Source: an uncultured bacterium
GTDB taxonomy: Bacteria > Fidelibacterota > Marinisomatia > SCGC-AAA003-L08 > TS1B11
Direction of reading: 5' to 3'
Length of the DNA stretch: 64,000 nt
Assembly: GCA_965372015.1 (NCBI GenBank)
Contig: CBDVAP010000002.1
Coordinates: 568 to 64,567 of the forward strand
In this document: piece after piece, positions 47,869 to 57,015 of the stretch
Layout of the letters: every line of letters begins with the position of its first letter
Numbering within the stretch: the first letter of the stretch is position 1
Program-made: the position numbers and the translations under genes
The notes under the pieces: generated by a model
What the model was told of the DNA's origin: nothing
What the model saw: the letters and a program-made list of their open reading frames with translations, nothing else
Databases searched by the model: none

Positions 47869-48444
47869 ATGATGGCCAAAAAGAGCATGAAAATCGGCGT
47901 CCAGGGAGCCGAGGGGAGTTTCTGTGAGGAAGCGACCCTCGATTTCTGCCAGCGGCATAGTATCGGTAACTACCGGATGGACTACCTGATAACCTCCGCA
48001 AAAGTCATGGACGCTGTTGAACAGGGAACGGTTCAATTGGGTATTATGGCCATGGAGAATGCTCAGGGTGGAGTGGTTATCGAGAGCATGTACGCCCTGG
48101 CCAGCTACAGTTGCGAAATAGTGGAGATGTTCCATATCCAGGTGGAACAGTGTCTTTTGGGCCGGCCCGGTCTAACCATCGGGGACATCACTCAGATCCA
48201 TTCCCACCCGCAGGCTTTGCGCCAATGCCGCAACTACCTGGCGGACCACTTCTGGACCCGGCCCTTGATCGATGAGGAGGACACCGCCGTGGCTGCCAAG
48301 CGGCTGGCCGATGGTGAATTGCCCACTACTGCGGCAGTGGTGGGCAGCCGGCTGTGTGCGGAGCTATATCATCTGGTGGTCCTGACTGAGGGGATTCAAG
48401 ACTTAAAAAATAATCTGACTTTGTTTTTGGGAGTCAAAAAATGA
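47869..48444 (+). CDS. pheA: Prephenate dehydratase, catalytic (PDT) domain only
   Basis: 191 aa. IGVQGAEGSFCEEA, ENAQGGVV, HSHPQALRQC, TAAV.S..CAELY, TLFL. The next gene starts 4 nt before its stop, so there is no room for an ACT domain. Confidence 0.8.
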   Translation: MMAKKSMKIGVQGAEGSFCEEATLDFCQRHSIGNYRMDYLITSAKVMDAVEQGTVQLGIMAMENAQGGVVIESMYALASYSCEIVEMFHIQVEQCLLGRPGLTIGDITQIHSHPQALRQCRNYLADHFWTRPLIDEEDTAVAAKRLADGELPTTAAVVGSRLCAELYHLVVLTEGIQDLKNNLTLFLGVKK

Positions 48445-49196
48445 CCACGGAAAAACCGGCCCCTCTGGTGGGCATCGTCGGTTTTGGCCGCTTCGGCCCG
48501 GTGCTCGCTCGCATGCTGACCCCGGTCCACCAGGTGCTGGTATACGATATTGCCGATGTCAGCCAGCGGGCTAGTGCCGCGGGAGCCCGGGCGGTATCGT
48601 GGCAGGAGATTACCACCGCTGAAACCCTCTTCCTGGCAGTGCCTATCCGGCACTTCAAAGAGGCGGCGGCTCGCTTGAATGAGACCGTGCGACCGGGCAC
48701 CACCGTGATCGATGTCTGTTCGGTCAAAGTCTACCCCGCCACGGTGATGCGGGAACATTTCGCTCCGGAGATCACTACCATCGCCACCCACCCACTATTC
48801 GGCCCTGACTCCTGTCAGGAAGGCTTCTCTGGATTGAAACTGATGATGGCCCCGGTTTCCCCCCGGAACGAAATCTTCACCTATTGGGAACACCATTTCA
48901 AGGGGCTAAAGATCGAAACTCTGGTCATGACACCGGAAGAGCACGACCGGCTGGCCGCTAACAGCCAGGGAATTACCCATTTCCTGGGCCGGGTGCTGGA
49001 GCAATTCGGGATTACCCCCACAGCCATCGACACCGAGGGTTTCGTGGACTTGCAGGCGGTGGTGGAACAAACCTGCCACGATACCTTGGAGCTGTTCCAG
49101 GACCTGCAGAACTTCAACCCCTACACCATGGGTATGGTGGATGGTCTTTTAGCTGCGGTGGAGCAGGTGAAACAGAAAGTTCAACGGAGAGATTAA
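48441..49196 (+). CDS. tyrA: Prephenate (or arogenate) dehydrogenase
   Basis: GIVGFGRFG Rossmann motif, DVCSVK, HPLFGP; 251 aa with no ACT domain. Confidence 0.8.
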   Translation: MTTEKPAPLVGIVGFGRFGPVLARMLTPVHQVLVYDIADVSQRASAAGARAVSWQEITTAETLFLAVPIRHFKEAAARLNETVRPGTTVIDVCSVKVYPATVMREHFAPEITTIATHPLFGPDSCQEGFSGLKLMMAPVSPRNEIFTYWEHHFKGLKIETLVMTPEEHDRLAANSQGITHFLGRVLEQFGITPTAIDTEGFVDLQAVVEQTCHDTLELFQDLQNFNPYTMGMVDGLLAAVEQVKQKVQRRD

Positions 49197-50243
49197 ATGT
49201 TGGTAATAATGGATGCCCGTGCTACGGAGGCAGAGATCACCCGCGTCCAGGAGCGAATCAAGGAGCTGGGATATCAACCCCATCCCATTCCGGGGGCCAA
49301 TCAGCTGGCCATCGGCGTAACCGGCAACCAGGGTACCGAGGATCGCATTTACTTAGAAGGTCTGCCCGGTGTCCTGCAGGTTATACGGGTCACCAAACCC
49401 TATAAGCTGGCCAGCCGTGATACCAAGCCGGAAAGCACGGTAGTGGACGTACGCGGCGTGAAATTTGGGGCGGGCAACATCGTGATGATAGCCGGCCCCT
49501 GCGCGGTGGAGAGCCGGGAACAGACCCTGCGGATCGCCCAGCTGGTGGCGGACAGGGGCGCTTTAATGCTGCGAGGTGGCGCCTACAAACCCCGCACTTC
49601 GCCCTATGCTTTCCAGGGAATGGGCGAGAAGGGGCTGCAAATTCTGGCCGAAGCGCGCGAGAAAACCGGCTTGCCAGTGGTAACCGAGGTCGTGGATCCC
49701 GCCACTGCCTCGTTGGTGGCCCAGTATGCCGACATGCTCCAGATCGGTACCCGCAACATGCAAAACTTTACGCTTCTAAAAGAAGTTGGTAAATTGGGGT
49801 TGCCGGTATTAATGAAAAGGGGAATGAGCGCCAATCTGGATGAAACTCTGATGTCGGTTGAGTACCTGATGTCCAACGGCACCAACGAGGTGGTGGTGTG
49901 CGAACGGGGTGTGCGCACTTTTGGCAGCCACGCTCGTAATACCCTGGATGTGAGCATAATCCCGGCCTTCAAGAAAGTTAGCCATCTACCGATCATTGTG
50001 GACCCCAGCCACGCCGGCGGCCACAAATACGCTGTGCTACCGCTGGCCCTGGCCGGGGTGGGCGCCGGCGCCGACGGGTTGCTGGTGGATGTCCACGACG
50101 ATCCCGACCATGCGCTGGTGGATGGGCCCCAGGCGCTACTGCCGGCCGATTTCGAGGAGCTCATGGCGGTGCTGGGACGTATAGCTGAGGCCCTCGGAAA
50201 ATCGCTGGGAGCACCGCTGGCCGTTGCCGGTGAGAGCGCCTGA
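49197..50243 (+). CDS. 3-deoxy-7-phosphoheptulonate (DAHP) synthase, type I-beta, with an N-terminal ferredoxin/ACT-like domain
   Basis: GPCAVES, YKPRTSPYAFQG, DPSH. About 75 N-terminal residues (MLVIMDARATEAEITRVQERIKELGY...) precede the barrel, as in Thermotoga-type enzymes. Confidence 0.9.
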   Translation: MLVIMDARATEAEITRVQERIKELGYQPHPIPGANQLAIGVTGNQGTEDRIYLEGLPGVLQVIRVTKPYKLASRDTKPESTVVDVRGVKFGAGNIVMIAGPCAVESREQTLRIAQLVADRGALMLRGGAYKPRTSPYAFQGMGEKGLQILAEAREKTGLPVVTEVVDPATASLVAQYADMLQIGTRNMQNFTLLKEVGKLGLPVLMKRGMSANLDETLMSVEYLMSNGTNEVVVCERGVRTFGSHARNTLDVSIIPAFKKVSHLPIIVDPSHAGGHKYAVLPLALAGVGAGADGLLVDVHDDPDHALVDGPQALLPADFEELMAVLGRIAEALGKSLGAPLAVAGESA

Positions 50244-50247
50244 CCTG

Positions 50248-51492
50248 ATGAAAATTTCCATTCCCGGCGACAAGTCTATCTCGCACCGCGCCCTGATGCT
50301 GGCGGCCATAGCCGATGGCGTCACCGAACTGCGTAACCTGCCGCAAGGTGCGGATGTCACCAGCACCCGCAACTGCCTGGGCCAATGCGGCATCGAGTTT
50401 ACCGATAAAAAAGGTGTGGTTCTGGTCCAGGGCCGTGGTGGCTCTTTTTCTGGGCCGTCTCATGATCTTGACGCCGGTAATTCCGGCACTACCGCCCGGC
50501 TATTGATGGGATTGCTGGTAGGCCGGGGAATTCAGGCTCGCTTGGTAGGTGACGTTTCCTTGTCACGCCGTCCTATGGCCCGGGTGGTGGAGCCGTTGCG
50601 GCAGCTGGGCGCACACATGGAAATTGCCGCCCGTAAGACCCTGCCGGTAGTTATCAGACCTTCCCAGCTGGGATCACTCAATTATATTCTACCGGTAGCC
50701 AGTGCCCAGGTCAAATCTGCCCTACTGTTAGCGGGGCTGGTAAGTGAGGGAGTCGTCCGGGTAACCGAGCCGGTCGCCACCCGCAACCATACCGAACTGA
50801 TGCTGGCGGACCTGGGCGTCGATATCAAAGTTGCCGGCAATGAAATCACCATCGGAACTGGCGTTCAGGTAATCAACGGTTTTGACCTGGACATACCTGG
50901 CGATCCATCTTCGGCCGCGTTCCCGGCCGCCCTGGCTACCCTGGTACCCGAAAAGGACGTCACTTTCCCCGGCTTGCTGCTCAATCCTACCAGACTGGGA
51001 TTCTTTCGGGCCTTGAAGCGCATGGGGGCCCAGGTGGAGTGGACCGTCGAAAAACGAGTACTGGGGGAGGAAGTGGGCCACCTCAGGGTAAGATCTTCCA
51101 CCCTTAACGGTATCAAAATCCGGGGTGATGAAATACCCACCCTGATCGACGAAATTCCCATCCTGGCAATCCTGGCCTGTAACGCCCGGGGCGAGACAGT
51201 GGTCCGGGATGCCGATGAATTGCGGCTCAAGGAATGTGACCGGATCAAGGCGATCGTGGAGAACCTGCGTCGGATGGGGGCGCGGATACAGGAACTGTCC
51301 GATGGGTTCCGGATCCTGGGATCCTCCCGGCTGCGGGGCGCCACCATCAGTACTCATTCCGATCATCGCATTGCCATGGCCTTCACCGTGGCCGGGAAAA
51401 TCACCCGGGAGAAAACCACCATCGACGACCCGGATTGCGTGGAAATCTCTTTCCCGGGCTATCATAAACTCATCAGCCGATTGAAAGCATGA
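50248..51492 (+). CDS. aroA: 3-phosphoshikimate 1-carboxyvinyltransferase (EPSP synthase)
   Basis: PGDKSISHRALMLAA, LDAGNSGTTARLL, DHRIAMAF. Confidence 0.95.
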   Translation: MKISIPGDKSISHRALMLAAIADGVTELRNLPQGADVTSTRNCLGQCGIEFTDKKGVVLVQGRGGSFSGPSHDLDAGNSGTTARLLMGLLVGRGIQARLVGDVSLSRRPMARVVEPLRQLGAHMEIAARKTLPVVIRPSQLGSLNYILPVASAQVKSALLLAGLVSEGVVRVTEPVATRNHTELMLADLGVDIKVAGNEITIGTGVQVINGFDLDIPGDPSSAAFPAALATLVPEKDVTFPGLLLNPTRLGFFRALKRMGAQVEWTVEKRVLGEEVGHLRVRSSTLNGIKIRGDEIPTLIDEIPILAILACNARGETVVRDADELRLKECDRIKAIVENLRRMGARIQELSDGFRILGSSRLRGATISTHSDHRIAMAFTVAGKITREKTTIDDPDCVEISFPGYHKLISRLKA

Positions 51493-52400
51493 AAACCCTG
51501 GCGGTAATTGGTTTCCCCCTGAAGCACACCCTCAGCCCGCTGCTGCACAATCACCTGTTTGGCCTGCTGGGGATCGACGCCCGCTACCAGGCGCTGGAGA
51601 CCCCGCCGGCGGATCTGGCGCAGGTGGCGAATCGGTTGCGTGGCGGCGATTTGGACGGTCTTAACATCACCCGCCCACACAAGATTGCCTTTCGCGAGTA
51701 CCTGGACCGGGTGGCCCCTGATGCCGCCATCGCTGGGGCGGTGAATTGTGTTTGTGTCGACCGAGTGGGGCTGCACGGCCATAACACCGACCTGGCCGGG
51801 ATCACGCATGCCTTCGATGTAGCCGGCCACGATTGCTCGGGTCAGCAAGTCCTGTTGCTGGGGGCCGGCGGAGCTGCCCGGGCAGCTGTAGTAGCCTTGC
51901 AGAGACTTGGTGTGGCCGGGATAACAGTAGCTGCCCGGCGTTTAACCGCCGCAGACGAGCTTATAGCCGCCCTGCCAGCCAAACAGCGCCCCGCCAATTT
52001 CCGGGCAATAAAATTGACTCCCGACCTGGACTCACGCCCATTCGGGCTGCTGGTGAATGCCACACCGGTGGGCCAGTGGCCGCGGGTGGATGAAGTCCCG
52101 CCGGGCGCCGGGCAATTGCACCCACAGCAGGCGGTGTTTGATATGGTCTATCATCCTGATGATACCCAGCTTCTGCAGCGGGCCCGCTCGCTGGGGTGCC
52201 GGGTGATATCCGGCCTGGACATGTTCGTGGGCCAGGCCCTGGCCTCCCTGGAACTGTGGTTTCCCGGCAGCACCGGTTTTGGCAGCGGCTCACTACAGCC
52301 AGGCATCGATCCGGCCGCCCTGAGGGAATTATTGCGCATAGGCAGCTTGGAATCCACTAACCGGACGCCGACGGTCGAAACGCCTGAGGCCTCGGTATGA
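51489..52400 (+). CDS. aroE: Shikimate dehydrogenase
   Basis: SPLLHN, LNITRPHK, LLGAGGAARA. Confidence 0.9.
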   Translation: MKTLAVIGFPLKHTLSPLLHNHLFGLLGIDARYQALETPPADLAQVANRLRGGDLDGLNITRPHKIAFREYLDRVAPDAAIAGAVNCVCVDRVGLHGHNTDLAGITHAFDVAGHDCSGQQVLLLGAGGAARAAVVALQRLGVAGITVAARRLTAADELIAALPAKQRPANFRAIKLTPDLDSRPFGLLVNATPVGQWPRVDEVPPGAGQLHPQQAVFDMVYHPDDTQLLQRARSLGCRVISGLDMFVGQALASLELWFPGSTGFGSGSLQPGIDPAALRELLRIGSLESTNRTPTVETPEASV

Positions 52401-53560
52401 TGCGCCGGCTACGGTGGCTCACGGCGGGGGAATCCCACGGCCAGGCCCTGATTGGAATTCTCGAGGGTCTGCCCGCCGGCCTGGAAATCGACAATGAATA
52501 TATCGCCGCGCAACTGGTCCGTCGACAGCTGGGTCACGGGCGTGGCCGGCGCATGAAAATCGAGCAGGACCGGGCAGAGATTATCTCTGGTGTGCGCCAC
52601 GGTCTGACACTGGGCTCTCCCATCGCCCTGATGATACCCAATAACGACTGGGAAAACTGGCGTGGGCGCATGTCGGTTGAGCCACCAAAGAAAGAGATCC
52701 AGCCGGTAACCTTACCCCGTCCGGGACATGCCGACCTGGCCGGTGTGAAAAAGTTTGGCTTCGGCGATATCCGCAACGTCCTGGAGCGGGCCAGCGCTCG
52801 GGAAACAGCCATGCGGGTGGCTCTGGGTTCTATGGCCCGCCGGCTGCTCGCTGAGGTGGGCATGGAAGTGGGCAGCCGGGTGGTGGCGATCCATACGGCC
52901 CGGGACGAGCAGCCCTGGCCCGGCGAGCAGTCTCCCGATGCAGTCAACGCCCGGGCTGACCAGTCTCCGGTCCGTTGCCTGGATGGTAAAGCGGCGAAAC
53001 AGATGATGGCGGCCATTGATAAAGCCCGCCAGGCGGGCGACAGCGTTGGGGGCCTGTTCGAGGTGGTGGCCACCGGGTTGCCTTACGGGCTGGGCAATTA
53101 CATCCAATGGGACTTGAAATTGCGTTCGCGTTTGACCGAGGCGGTCATGTCGATCAACGCCATCCAGGGGCTGGAAGTAGGCCTGGGATTCGCCGGTAGC
53201 CGGCAGTTGGGCAGCCAATTCCATGATGAAATATTGCCCGGCAGCTCAGGCCGCGTGCAGCGTCCCACCAATAACGCCGGGGGCCTGGAAGCCGGTATGA
53301 GCAATGCTCAGCCGGTGGTACTCAGGGCGGTGATGAAGCCCATTCCTACCCTGGTCAAACCTTTGCGCTCTGTAGATATTGCCACTGGCAAAGTGGGCCT
53401 GGCCCACCAGGAACGCACTGACTCCTGCGCGGTGCCGGCCGCCTCGGTGGTGGCCGAGAGCATGGTCTGCCTGGTGTTGGCCGATGCCTTACTCGAGAAA
53501 TTCGGCGGCGATAGCCTGGCGCAGTTACGGGCGCACATGGAATCCTCCGCTAAATATTAA
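52397..53560 (+). CDS. aroC: Chorismate synthase
   Basis: TAGESHGQAL, RPGHADL, SARETAMRVA, GGLEAGMSN. Confidence 0.95.
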   Translation: MMRRLRWLTAGESHGQALIGILEGLPAGLEIDNEYIAAQLVRRQLGHGRGRRMKIEQDRAEIISGVRHGLTLGSPIALMIPNNDWENWRGRMSVEPPKKEIQPVTLPRPGHADLAGVKKFGFGDIRNVLERASARETAMRVALGSMARRLLAEVGMEVGSRVVAIHTARDEQPWPGEQSPDAVNARADQSPVRCLDGKAAKQMMAAIDKARQAGDSVGGLFEVVATGLPYGLGNYIQWDLKLRSRLTEAVMSINAIQGLEVGLGFAGSRQLGSQFHDEILPGSSGRVQRPTNNAGGLEAGMSNAQPVVLRAVMKPIPTLVKPLRSVDIATGKVGLAHQERTDSCAVPAASVVAESMVCLVLADALLEKFGGDSLAQLRAHMESSAKY

Positions 53561-53571
53561 GGTCGACATCG

Positions 53572-54114
53572 ATGTTCAAGGACGGGCCGGCGAATATCTG
53601 CCTGGTAGGCCTCATGGGCAGCGGTAAATCTACGGTGGCCCCTCTGCTGGCCGGCCGCTTGGGCCGGGAGCACATCGACCTGGATAAAGAGATCGCCCTG
53701 CGGCTGGGGCGCACTATTATGATGATCTTCGCCGACCCGGGGGAGGAATCTTTCCGGCGGGAGGAGCAAGTGGTTTTGCAGCACTATTGCAGCCGGGATG
53801 GCCTGGTTATCGATTGTGGCGGTGGGATAGTATTAGCCGCCGATAATCGGCCCTGCCTGAGGGACAACTTCACCGTCTACCTTCAAACCACTCCGGAGAC
53901 CCTGGCGCTCCGGGTGGGCTCAGCCACTGGGCGGCCTCTGCTTCAGGGAGCTGAGCCGATCCAGGATCGACTGGCAGCCTTGCTGTCCGAAAGAGAACCT
54001 TTCTACCGGGAATGCGCCGCTTTGACCGTCACCACTGATGACCGTACCCCTATCGAGATAGCCGGCGAGATCATTGCCCACCTGCCCGCCAGTCTGAAAC
54101 CGGCTGCTCTATGA
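53572..54114 (+). CDS. aroK: Shikimate kinase
   Basis: P-loop GLMGSGKSTV, FRREE, GGG. Confidence 0.9.
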   Translation: MFKDGPANICLVGLMGSGKSTVAPLLAGRLGREHIDLDKEIALRLGRTIMMIFADPGEESFRREEQVVLQHYCSRDGLVIDCGGGIVLAADNRPCLRDNFTVYLQTTPETLALRVGSATGRPLLQGAEPIQDRLAALLSEREPFYRECAALTVTTDDRTPIEIAGEIIAHLPASLKPAAL

Positions 54115-55205
54115 CCACCATCACCGTCGATCTGGGGGCTCGTAGCTACCCGCTGCATATCGGCGCCGGGCTGCTCAGCTCGCTGAGTGAGTTGCTGACC
54201 CCGCTGGGGGTGGCCGGCCGGATCGGGCTGGTTAGCAGCGCCCCAATTCACGACCATTATGGCGCCGCGGTTATCGCCACGTTGGAAGCTGCCGGTAACC
54301 AAGTCATTACCACCTTGATTCCTGACGGTGAACAGGCCAAGAATCTTGAAACCGTCGCCCGGCTTTACGACACTTTCCTGGAGGCCGGCCTGGACCGCTC
54401 CTCCACTTTGGTGGCCTTGGGAGGCGGCGTCGTGGGTGATCTGACCGGTTACGTGGCGGCCACCCTTTTCCGGAGCATCGGCCTGGTGCAGATCCCCACC
54501 ACCCTGCTGGCTATGGTGGACTCCTCCATCGGTGGCAAGACCGGTGTCAATCACCCTCTGGGGAAAAACCTGATTGGGGCCTTCCACCAACCGTTGGCGG
54601 TGATCATCGATCCCGCGGTGCTGGGCACCCTGCCAAAGCGGGAGTTGACTTCAGCCTTCGCGGAGCTGTTGAAGGCTGGGGCTATTGCAGAGCTTCCCTT
54701 CTTCCGATTCCTGGTGGCTAACGCCCGGGTTATCCTGGATCTAGCCGATGCTGACCTGGTACTGCAAGCCATTGCCAAAGCTTGCCGCATCAAGGCCGAT
54801 GTGGTATCTGCCGACGAGCGCGAGGGCGACCGCCGCCGGATTCTCAACTTCGGGCATACCTTTGGCCACGCCCTGGAGGCCACTTTGGGTTACGGGGTAA
54901 TCCGACATGGCGAGGCGGTGGCAATGGGGATGGCGGGCGCCGGTTACCTCAGCCGGCAACTGACCGGCCTGAGTGAGCATGACTATCAGGAATTGCTGGC
55001 CTCCCTGGAACCGCTGGACCTGCCGAAACTGCCGCCCCTGGATCGGGAAGCGATGCTGAAATACCTGTACCACGACAAGAAAGTGAGGCGTGGGAAGCTG
55101 CATTTCGTATTGCTGGAGGCGCTGGGACGGCCGGTGATCACCAGCACGGTCGATGACACTCTCATATCGGCGGCCCTGGACGAAATCGAACGGAGGTTTG
55201 GATGA
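54111..55205 (+). CDS. aroB: 3-dehydroquinate synthase
   Basis: GGGVVGDLTGY, DSSIGGKTGVN, FGHTFGHALE. Confidence 0.95.
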   Translation: MTTITVDLGARSYPLHIGAGLLSSLSELLTPLGVAGRIGLVSSAPIHDHYGAAVIATLEAAGNQVITTLIPDGEQAKNLETVARLYDTFLEAGLDRSSTLVALGGGVVGDLTGYVAATLFRSIGLVQIPTTLLAMVDSSIGGKTGVNHPLGKNLIGAFHQPLAVIIDPAVLGTLPKRELTSAFAELLKAGAIAELPFFRFLVANARVILDLADADLVLQAIAKACRIKADVVSADEREGDRRRILNFGHTFGHALEATLGYGVIRHGEAVAMGMAGAGYLSRQLTGLSEHDYQELLASLEPLDLPKLPPLDREAMLKYLYHDKKVRRGKLHFVLLEALGRPVITSTVDDTLISAALDEIERRFG

Positions 55206-55636
55206 TCTTTCTGGTTATCAACGGCCCTAACCTGAACCTTTTGGGTAAGCGCGAGCCGGAACTGTACGGCAGCGAGACCCTGGCCGACATTCAGGTCTGG
55301 TTGCAGTTCCAGGTGGAAACTAAGGGGGATAAACTCCAGTTTTTTCAGAGCAACCACGAAGGTGCCATTATCGACTACCTGCACGGCGAGATCGGTGTGG
55401 CTGACGGGGCGGTGATCAATCCCGGCGCCCTGACACATTACAGTTATGCCCTGCGGGATGCCATCGCCGCCGTGGACTTCCCGGTGGTGGAAGTGCACCT
55501 CACGGACATCCATAGCCGGGAGGAATTTCGACGCCATTCGGTCACCACGGAGGTGTGTATCGAGCAGATTTCAGGTCAAGGGAAAAAGGGATACCTGGAG
55601 GCTATCGAGCTGCTGCGTAAGCATAAGGCGGGCTAG
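55202..55636 (+). CDS. aroQ: Type II 3-dehydroquinate dehydratase
   Basis: INGPNLNLLGKREPELYG, SNHEGAIID, INPGALTHYS. Confidence 0.95.
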   Translation: MIFLVINGPNLNLLGKREPELYGSETLADIQVWLQFQVETKGDKLQFFQSNHEGAIIDYLHGEIGVADGAVINPGALTHYSYALRDAIAAVDFPVVEVHLTDIHSREEFRRHSVTTEVCIEQISGQGKKGYLEAIELLRKHKAG

Positions 55637-56379
55637 TTTTCCTCCTCCTCGGCTGGGACGAACAGCTCGTCCGGCAGCCCCTGATTGACCCGGTAGTTGC
55701 TGAACTCGATGACCGCCTCACCGACGCCACCGGGGCCTTCCTGCGGCTGATGATCATCGTCCCCCCGATGCTTCCGCCGCCGGCGAGGGCCATGCGGCAG
55801 GCGCTGGATAAAGCGCTCATCAAAATTGAAGTGTATCGTGGTGCGTACCGGCAGAAAGATACCGGCCGTAATCTCCTCGTAATCGATATTCAGCCGCAGC
55901 AACTCCAGGGTACCGCTATAAGAGACTGCCCCCAGAATGACCCACCGCTGCCGGTCTACCAGCACTTTCGCCCGCAAGGATTGCCCCTCGATCTCGCTTT
56001 CACCCTGTAGCACCAATACCGGCCGACCCTCCACCAGGGTGTCACCGGCCAGTCGCAGTTCCCCCAGACCTGCGAGCAGAGAATCGGGCGATAGCAGCAA
56101 TCCCCGCCGGGGCACCATGGCAAAACCCCGGGCCTTGAGTGCCAGTTTATCCGGCTGCTTGAACGATAATTTCATCCGCTTGCGGGGCAGGCGCAGCCGG
56201 GGCATCTTTAGCCGCACCTTCAAGTCCACCTGGTAGTCCTGGATCCGACTGAACCGCGCCCGCAGGGAATCCCTTACTGTGGATAATGTTACCACGCTAC
56301 CCGCGTCCATGGGAGTTTGGGCGGCCAGCTGGGCCGACAGGCAGATGAAAAGGGACAGTATTGCCGAGCGAAAAATCAT
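55633..56379 (-). CDS. LolA-like / outer-membrane lipoprotein-sorting-domain protein (tentative)
   Basis: The Met at 56379 gives the signal MIFRSAILSLFICLSAQLAAQ. C-terminal ...IEFSNYRVNQGLPDELF pattern. The track start at 56535 adds a non-signal extension. Confidence 0.45.
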   Translation of the reverse strand: MIFRSAILSLFICLSAQLAAQTPMDAGSVVTLSTVRDSLRARFSRIQDYQVDLKVRLKMPRLRLPRKRMKLSFKQPDKLALKARGFAMVPRRGLLLSPDSLLAGLGELRLAGDTLVEGRPVLVLQGESEIEGQSLRAKVLVDRQRWVILGAVSYSGTLELLRLNIDYEEITAGIFLPVRTTIHFNFDERFIQRLPHGPRRRRKHRGDDDHQPQEGPGGVGEAVIEFSNYRVNQGLPDELFVPAEEEEN

Positions 56380-56596
56380 GGTTTCCTTGGTAGAGTGAAA
56401 AGTGAAATTAGGAGTGGCGGGGTACTTTAGAAAAGGAGCAATCGTCGCCGAGGACTCGATACTCGAGGCTAGATACTGGAAACTCGATATTGGATACCGG
56501 ATGGGGCCCCGCCAGCGGCGGGGCAATGCCGACAACTAGAAACTCGTTACATGGAACTAGGATTCCAGGGCTGAGGACTATGCTGGTATTAATGTA

Positions 56597-56619
56597 AAAG
56601 CCCCCGGCCGGGGGCTTTT
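56597..56619 (-). terminator. Palindromic GC hairpin flanked by A/T runs; likely terminator of the tmRNA/GIY-YIG transcript
   Basis: aaaa gcccccgg ccgggggc tttt. Confidence 0.6.
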
Positions 56620-56620
56620 A

Positions 56621-57015
56621 GTTGGTGTGGAGGCGGGGGGAGTCGAAGTCTCGCCGGACTCCCCGTAGGGCGGGTACGCCCAGGGTAGGCGTAGCCTCCG
56701 GCTACGACGAGGCCCCCCGTCCATCTGAATTGGCAAACATGGCAAGCCTATTACGAGGGAACCTCGCAATCAAATCACGCTTATGTTTACCAAGTGTGTG
56801 TGATTTAAGCAATTTTTCACGGAGACGTGCATCGATCAGGGTAGTGTGCTCCTCATAATAGACCAGCCGGAGTGGTCTGCGATATCGTGTACTCTTGCTG
56901 TACCCCAAGTTATGCTCCTTGATCCTGCGACGTAAATCGGTCGTCGAGCCGGTGTAGAGCTGACCGTCCTTTGCAGATTCAAGTATATATACGAATGCCA
57001 TGGGGAAGTAAGGAT
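56621..57015 (-). mobile_element. Mini-cassette (GIY-YIG gene + 66-nt structured segment) bracketed by duplicated tmRNA 3'-end sequence
   Basis: tggaggcggggggagtcgaa occurs at 56628-56647 and 57019-57038. cccccgtcc occurs at 56714-56722 and 57039-57047. Confidence 0.45.
56702..57001 (-). CDS. GIY-YIG nuclease-family protein (short YhbQ/UPF0213-like)
   Basis: FVYILESAKDGQLYTGSTTDLRRRIKEHN...RPLRLVYYEEH...AR.REK.LK. The ATG is 14 nt after the tmRNA CCA end. Confidence 0.8.
   Translation of the reverse strand: MAFVYILESAKDGQLYTGSTTDLRRRIKEHNLGYSKSTRYRRPLRLVYYEEHTTLIDARLREKLLKSHTLGKHKRDLIARFPRNRLAMFANSDGRGASS

Noticed and set aside
56620-56725. Possible tRNA (for example a long-variable-arm tRNA-Sec) formed by GGAGGC...GCCTCC plus the T-arm-like sequence
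   Set aside because: I could not build a D-arm, an anticodon arm with a UCA anticodon, or a regular 5-bp T-stem. The similarity is confined to the duplicated tmRNA 3' end, so a displaced att fragment explains it better.
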